Source: Bdellovibrionota bacterium (lineage in GTDB: Bacteria; Bdellovibrionota_C; UBA2361; JBGSMV01). Taken from it: 40,256 bases of DNA. The stretch lies in NCBI GenBank assembly GCA_041739995.1, contig JBGSMV010000038.1, forward strand, positions 1 to 40,256, given 5' to 3'. Shown here one piece after another: positions 37,102 to 40,256 of the stretch (within the stretch, counting starts at the first letter, position 1; each line of letters starts with the position of its first letter). The translations under genes were made by a program, and so were the position numbers. The notes below the pieces were generated by a model. It searched no databases and was not told where the DNA came from. It was given only the letters and a program-made list of their open reading frames with translations.

Positions 37102-38360
37102 TGGAAGAGACTCGCCCTTTTTCTCTCTACGTACATATCCCCTACTGTCTGCAGAAGTGTCCGTATTGTGACTTTAATACCTACGCCCTTTCTTCAATTC
37201 CAGAACGTGACTACGTCGCAGCGCTTTTGGCAGATCTTGATTTCCGCGCTTCTCAGGCCGAATGGCGCCAGAGACCTATGCAGTCAATCTACTTCGGAGG
37301 GGGAACGCCCTCTCTCTTCTCAGTCACCTCGCTGCGCAAGCTTATCTCTGAAGCCTGCGGACTCTTCCCTGTAACTAACAACATCGAAGTGGGACTCGAA
37401 GCCAACCCCGGAACGGTGGACTCAGAGAAGCTTGCGGCCTACGAAGAAGGTGGGGTCAACAGAATTAGTTTTGGCGCTCAGTCACTTCAATTGCAGACGT
37501 TGCGCTCCCTAGGGCGCGTGCACACACCTGAAGATGTCATTTCAGCCGTGTCCCTCGCACGAAGCGCCGGGCTTACTAACATCAACCTTGACTTGATGTA
37601 CGGTGCGCCGGGACAGACGATGGACTCCTTAAATGAAGATCTTCAGCGATACATAGAGCTTGGCGTGCCGCACATTTCGCCGTATGGACTGACCATTGAG
37701 AAAGGCACCCCTTTTTTTAACAGCTTTCGCAAAGGCCTGCTGCCACTTCCCAAAGAAGATGTCATCGCCGAGATGATGGAAGAAATTAATCGATTCCTTC
37801 CGATCCATGGCATCGCCCACTATGAGATTAGTAATTTTGCTCAGCCTGGATTTGAAGCACGTCACAATTTTGCTTATTGGAATGGGGATGATTATTTAGG
37901 GATAGGCGCCGGAGCGCACAGCTGCATAACCGCATGGGATGAAGGCAAGAAGGTCAGTGCTCGTCGTTGGTCTAACTATGCCCTGCCCGCGCGCTACATG
38001 AAGCACGCATCTTCTGAGGGAAAGGCGGAAGGCTGGACCGATGATCTCGCGGTGCCTGACCTCATGTTTGAGTTTTTCTTTTTGGGATTAAGAAAGATTG
38101 CAGGAGTTCCAATTGCTGACTTTTCTAAATTCTTTCACATTTCGGTTGAAGAGGCATATCCAGCGCTCCTAGAGATTCTGGCGACCGAAGGTATGCTGGC
38201 CTCAGAACATGGGCACCTTAAGCTTACCCCGCGAGGCTTGATGGTTGCTGATAGCGTGATTGAACACTTTGCCTCGCCTGAACACATCCCTTCACCAGAA
38301 CCTGTCGCCCTGGTCGAGCCGGGCCGCCTTGCGATACTGGGTCAACAAGCTGGAGCATAG
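37101..38360 (+). CDS. hemW: Radical SAM heme chaperone HemW
   Basis: LYVHIPYC...CPYCDF, YFGGGTPS, EANP, YEISNF, HNxxYW; TAATG overlap with secA. Confidence 0.9.
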   Translation: MEETRPFSLYVHIPYCLQKCPYCDFNTYALSSIPERDYVAALLADLDFRASQAEWRQRPMQSIYFGGGTPSLFSVTSLRKLISEACGLFPVTNNIEVGLEANPGTVDSEKLAAYEEGGVNRISFGAQSLQLQTLRSLGRVHTPEDVISAVSLARSAGLTNINLDLMYGAPGQTMDSLNEDLQRYIELGVPHISPYGLTIEKGTPFFNSFRKGLLPLPKEDVIAEMMEEINRFLPIHGIAHYEISNFAQPGFEARHNFAYWNGDDYLGIGAGAHSCITAWDEGKKVSARRWSNYALPARYMKHASSEGKAEGWTDDLAVPDLMFEFFFLGLRKIAGVPIADFSKFFHISVEEAYPALLEILATEGMLASEHGHLKLTPRGLMVADSVIEHFASPEHIPSPEPVALVEPGRLAILGQQAGA

Positions 38361-38424
38361 CTGCGCTGCCGTTGCGCGCCTGCTTCCTATACACAAAACG
38401 AAACTTTCCAAAGTAGCTCGCCAC

Positions 38425-38472
38425 AAAAAAAGCTCGGGGGAAGCAAGACTTTCATCTTATTCCCCCCGAGCT
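38425..38472 (-). terminator. Intrinsic terminator, minus strand
   Basis: AGCTCGGGGGGAATAAGAT-GAAA-GTCTTGCTTCCCCCGAGC followed by T7. Confidence 0.8.
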
Positions 38473-38623
38473 GGGTTGGTTTGGGTGTAGGTATACGGGC
38501 TTGACCGTGAAGCTTTACTAGTTCGAGTGTGACCACTATCTCCACCGCTCTAGAAACCATCTGGCATCTGCTCGGCGAATACAAAGTAGCGCTTCGAACT
38601 AGCTCAACTCTCAATTAAGCTAA
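38425..38623 (-). ncRNA. Candidate sigma54-dependent small RNA (~200 nt)
   Basis: Bounded by a sigma54 motif and an intrinsic terminator; long internal stem CUAGUUCGA/UCGAACUAG; no credible ORF inside. Confidence 0.6.
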
Positions 38624-38633
38624 TAGGGTATAA

Positions 38634-38650
38634 AGCAATCCGTGTGCCAA
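38634..38650 (-). promoter_or_regulatory. Sigma54 (-24/-12) promoter
   Basis: Minus strand TTGGCACACGGATTGCT matches YTGGCAC-N5-TTGCW. Confidence 0.82.
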
Positions 38651-38923
38651 GCTAATCGACCCCCTCACTTGGTGATGTTACTAAAATGTCATCAAATAGC
38701 ATTAATCTACTGGGGAGATTTGGTGGCCTCGAAGAACCGAAACCTACCGATCGAAACCCCCATATATCTTCCAATGCGATATCTTACTAATAATATTAAT
38801 ATTGTTCTCGAGTCCTAAATACGAGCACTGCTCAGGTCCATGTCAGTCCATTTCTAGTTGGCATTGAGAGCGGCACTCTCTCATGCTCTACTCAATAACT
38901 GGCGATATTTGACACTAATAGAC

Positions 38924-39790
38924 ATGGCGAGCCAGGAGCAACATATCTTTCGTATCTGCAGGCTTTTGATTAAGCCTGCGATTCGCTTTGCGCTGCGCTC
39001 CAGCATACTCCTGCAAGATTTGATTCAAATCGCCAAAGAGGTCTATGTCGAGCTCGCCGAAGAGGAGCTACAAAAAGCTACCGGAAAGATCAACGTGAGC
39101 CGACTTAGCGTCATGACCGGGGTACACCGACAAGACGTCACCAAGTTTTTTAGAGACCGAGAGTCTCTACTCATCGAGTCTCCTCAGAGCCTATTGGGCA
39201 AGGTCATCGCGACCTGGTCACATGCACCAAAGTTCACCAATCAATCTGGTCGACCTAGAGTGCTCACCTACGAAGGTGCCACAAGTGAGTTCTCTAAGCT
39301 GGTGTCGAGCATCTCGACCACGGTAAACCCAGGTACCGTTATCTTTGAGCTTGAACGCAACGGGGCAATCGTAAAATCTGCAAGGGGCGTAAAGCTAGTA
39401 CGTGGCACAGTCGCTTCGGGGATGTATCCAGAACGCGCCTATTCACTGCTTGCCAGAGATATCGACACACTCACCACGGTGGTGCAAGAAAATCTGGCGG
39501 CTCAGGATGACGAGAGTGAGGCAGGACACGCCCACTATCGCACTTCCTTTGACAATTTATTTATTGCTGATTTGCCCAAGGTTCGAGATTGGATCGTTCA
39601 GCGCTCGCGCGCTTTTCACAAGGACGTACGCGACTATCTCGCACAACACGACGCCGATTACATTCAGAATCGAATTGGGGCAAAAGAGGCAGGTGGCAAA
39701 GTAATTGTCACTTTATTCTCGCATTCCAGCCCAGGCCTTCAAGTCTTGGAGCAGCACTCCGATAAGACTTCTTACGGGCTTCGGCGTTGA
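38924..39790 (+). CDS. DUF6502-like protein
   Basis: LLIKPAIRFAL, K.VYVELA, NVSRLSVMTGVHRQDV, VIATW, PRVL...G..SEFSKLV pattern (recalled). ATG 38924 preferred over TTG 38858. Confidence 0.7.
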   Translation: MASQEQHIFRICRLLIKPAIRFALRSSILLQDLIQIAKEVYVELAEEELQKATGKINVSRLSVMTGVHRQDVTKFFRDRESLLIESPQSLLGKVIATWSHAPKFTNQSGRPRVLTYEGATSEFSKLVSSISTTVNPGTVIFELERNGAIVKSARGVKLVRGTVASGMYPERAYSLLARDIDTLTTVVQENLAAQDDESEAGHAHYRTSFDNLFIADLPKVRDWIVQRSRAFHKDVRDYLAQHDADYIQNRIGAKEAGGKVIVTLFSHSSPGLQVLEQHSDKTSYGLRR

Positions 39791-40256
39791 GAGGCCGAAA
39801 GACTATTTTGGGAATTGGTAAACTCATCGCTCCCTCGGTTCCCATCGTCTTTGAGTCGCGGCGACTGACGTGCATCCTGCCCTTCTAGCCCTTCTGAAGA
39901 GTCGTCCGAGGGCATCCGTGCACAATCAACTTCCATCTCGAACCACGTCACCCTAAAAGTGCCATCCGTTAACATGACGCTATCTCCGCATCGTGCAATG
40001 CACTGCCCCGATACTTCTCTACGATACTCACAGAATCCATTTCCATTTCTAGTCGTACTCTCTGTTTCTCCTCCCAAGTTTGCGAGTTCGATACTCGCGT
40101 GCACATGCTTTTCGGAAACGGTGTTGGAAACGCTATTGAGCGCTAGAGGGGCAAAAAGACAGATGCTCGCCAATAGAAGCGTATATTCAATGACCGACGT
40201 ACCGCTACTGTGCCGACCACGACGCAAACCACGAGAAAGATTTAAACACCAGCTAT
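39772..40256 (-). CDS. Flp/Tad prepilin-like protein with extended C-terminus, probably 5'-truncated
   Basis: G-TSVIEYTLLLA prepilin/Flp motif; the frame stays open to the window edge; C-terminal Cys residues and an acidic tail. Confidence 0.65.
   Translation of the reverse strand, partial: SWCLNLSRGLRRGRHSSGTSVIEYTLLLASICLFAPLALNSVSNTVSEKHVHASIELANLGGETESTTRNGNGFCEYRREVSGQCIARCGDSVMLTDGTFRVTWFEMEVDCARMPSDDSSEGLEGQDARQSPRLKDDGNRGSDEFTNSQNSLSASQRRSP

Noticed and set aside
38387..38614. 75-aa minus-strand ORF downstream of the sigma54 promoter
   Set aside because: Its TTG start is only about 9 nt from the predicted TSS with no SD, and it reads through a strong intrinsic terminator. A ncRNA explains the region better.
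1..40256. Numerous short antisense or overlapping ORFs in the six-frame track; search for tRNA, rRNA, CRISPR and transposases
   Set aside because: The short ORFs are shadows of well-supported genes. I saw no cloverleaf, regularly spaced repeat array or transposase motif.

Overview
Chromosomal window of roughly 50-55% GC from a bacterium that I infer to be deltaproteobacterial/Bdellovibrionota-like (DUF4911- and DUF6502-like genes, HDOD protein, Tad pilins, sigma54 promoters). Housekeeping genes sit at both ends (gatCAB; phhB-secA-hemW). Between them are mgtC and nhaA, ppiD, a Tat-exported HiPIP, phnA/yjdM, a zinc-metallopeptidase plus ATP-grasp ligase pair, a NUDIX hydrolase, HDOD and cNMP-binding proteins, and an APC permease. 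Next come a thioesterase / ACP-FAAL-acyltransferase / PanE-like lipid operon, an orphan Tad minor-pilin cassette with a sigma54 promoter, a GLUG protein with a Phycisphaerae-type GC dockerin tail, a GT-C glycosyltransferase and an ABC exporter. The most notable signals are outside the ORF track: (1) a ~200-nt non-coding unit on the minus strand with a near-perfect sigma54 promoter, a long stem and an intrinsic terminator (38425-38650); (2) two gapless 83-nt repeat copies with compensatory base-pair changes that bracket the tad/dockerin block; (3) an ATP-grasp ligase whose conserved-looking N-terminus is reachable only from a non-canonical start, most likely ACG behind a strong SD; (4) several other structured intergenic elements. 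I saw no tRNA, rRNA, CRISPR array or transposase. All family assignments come from motif recognition by eye, not database searches.
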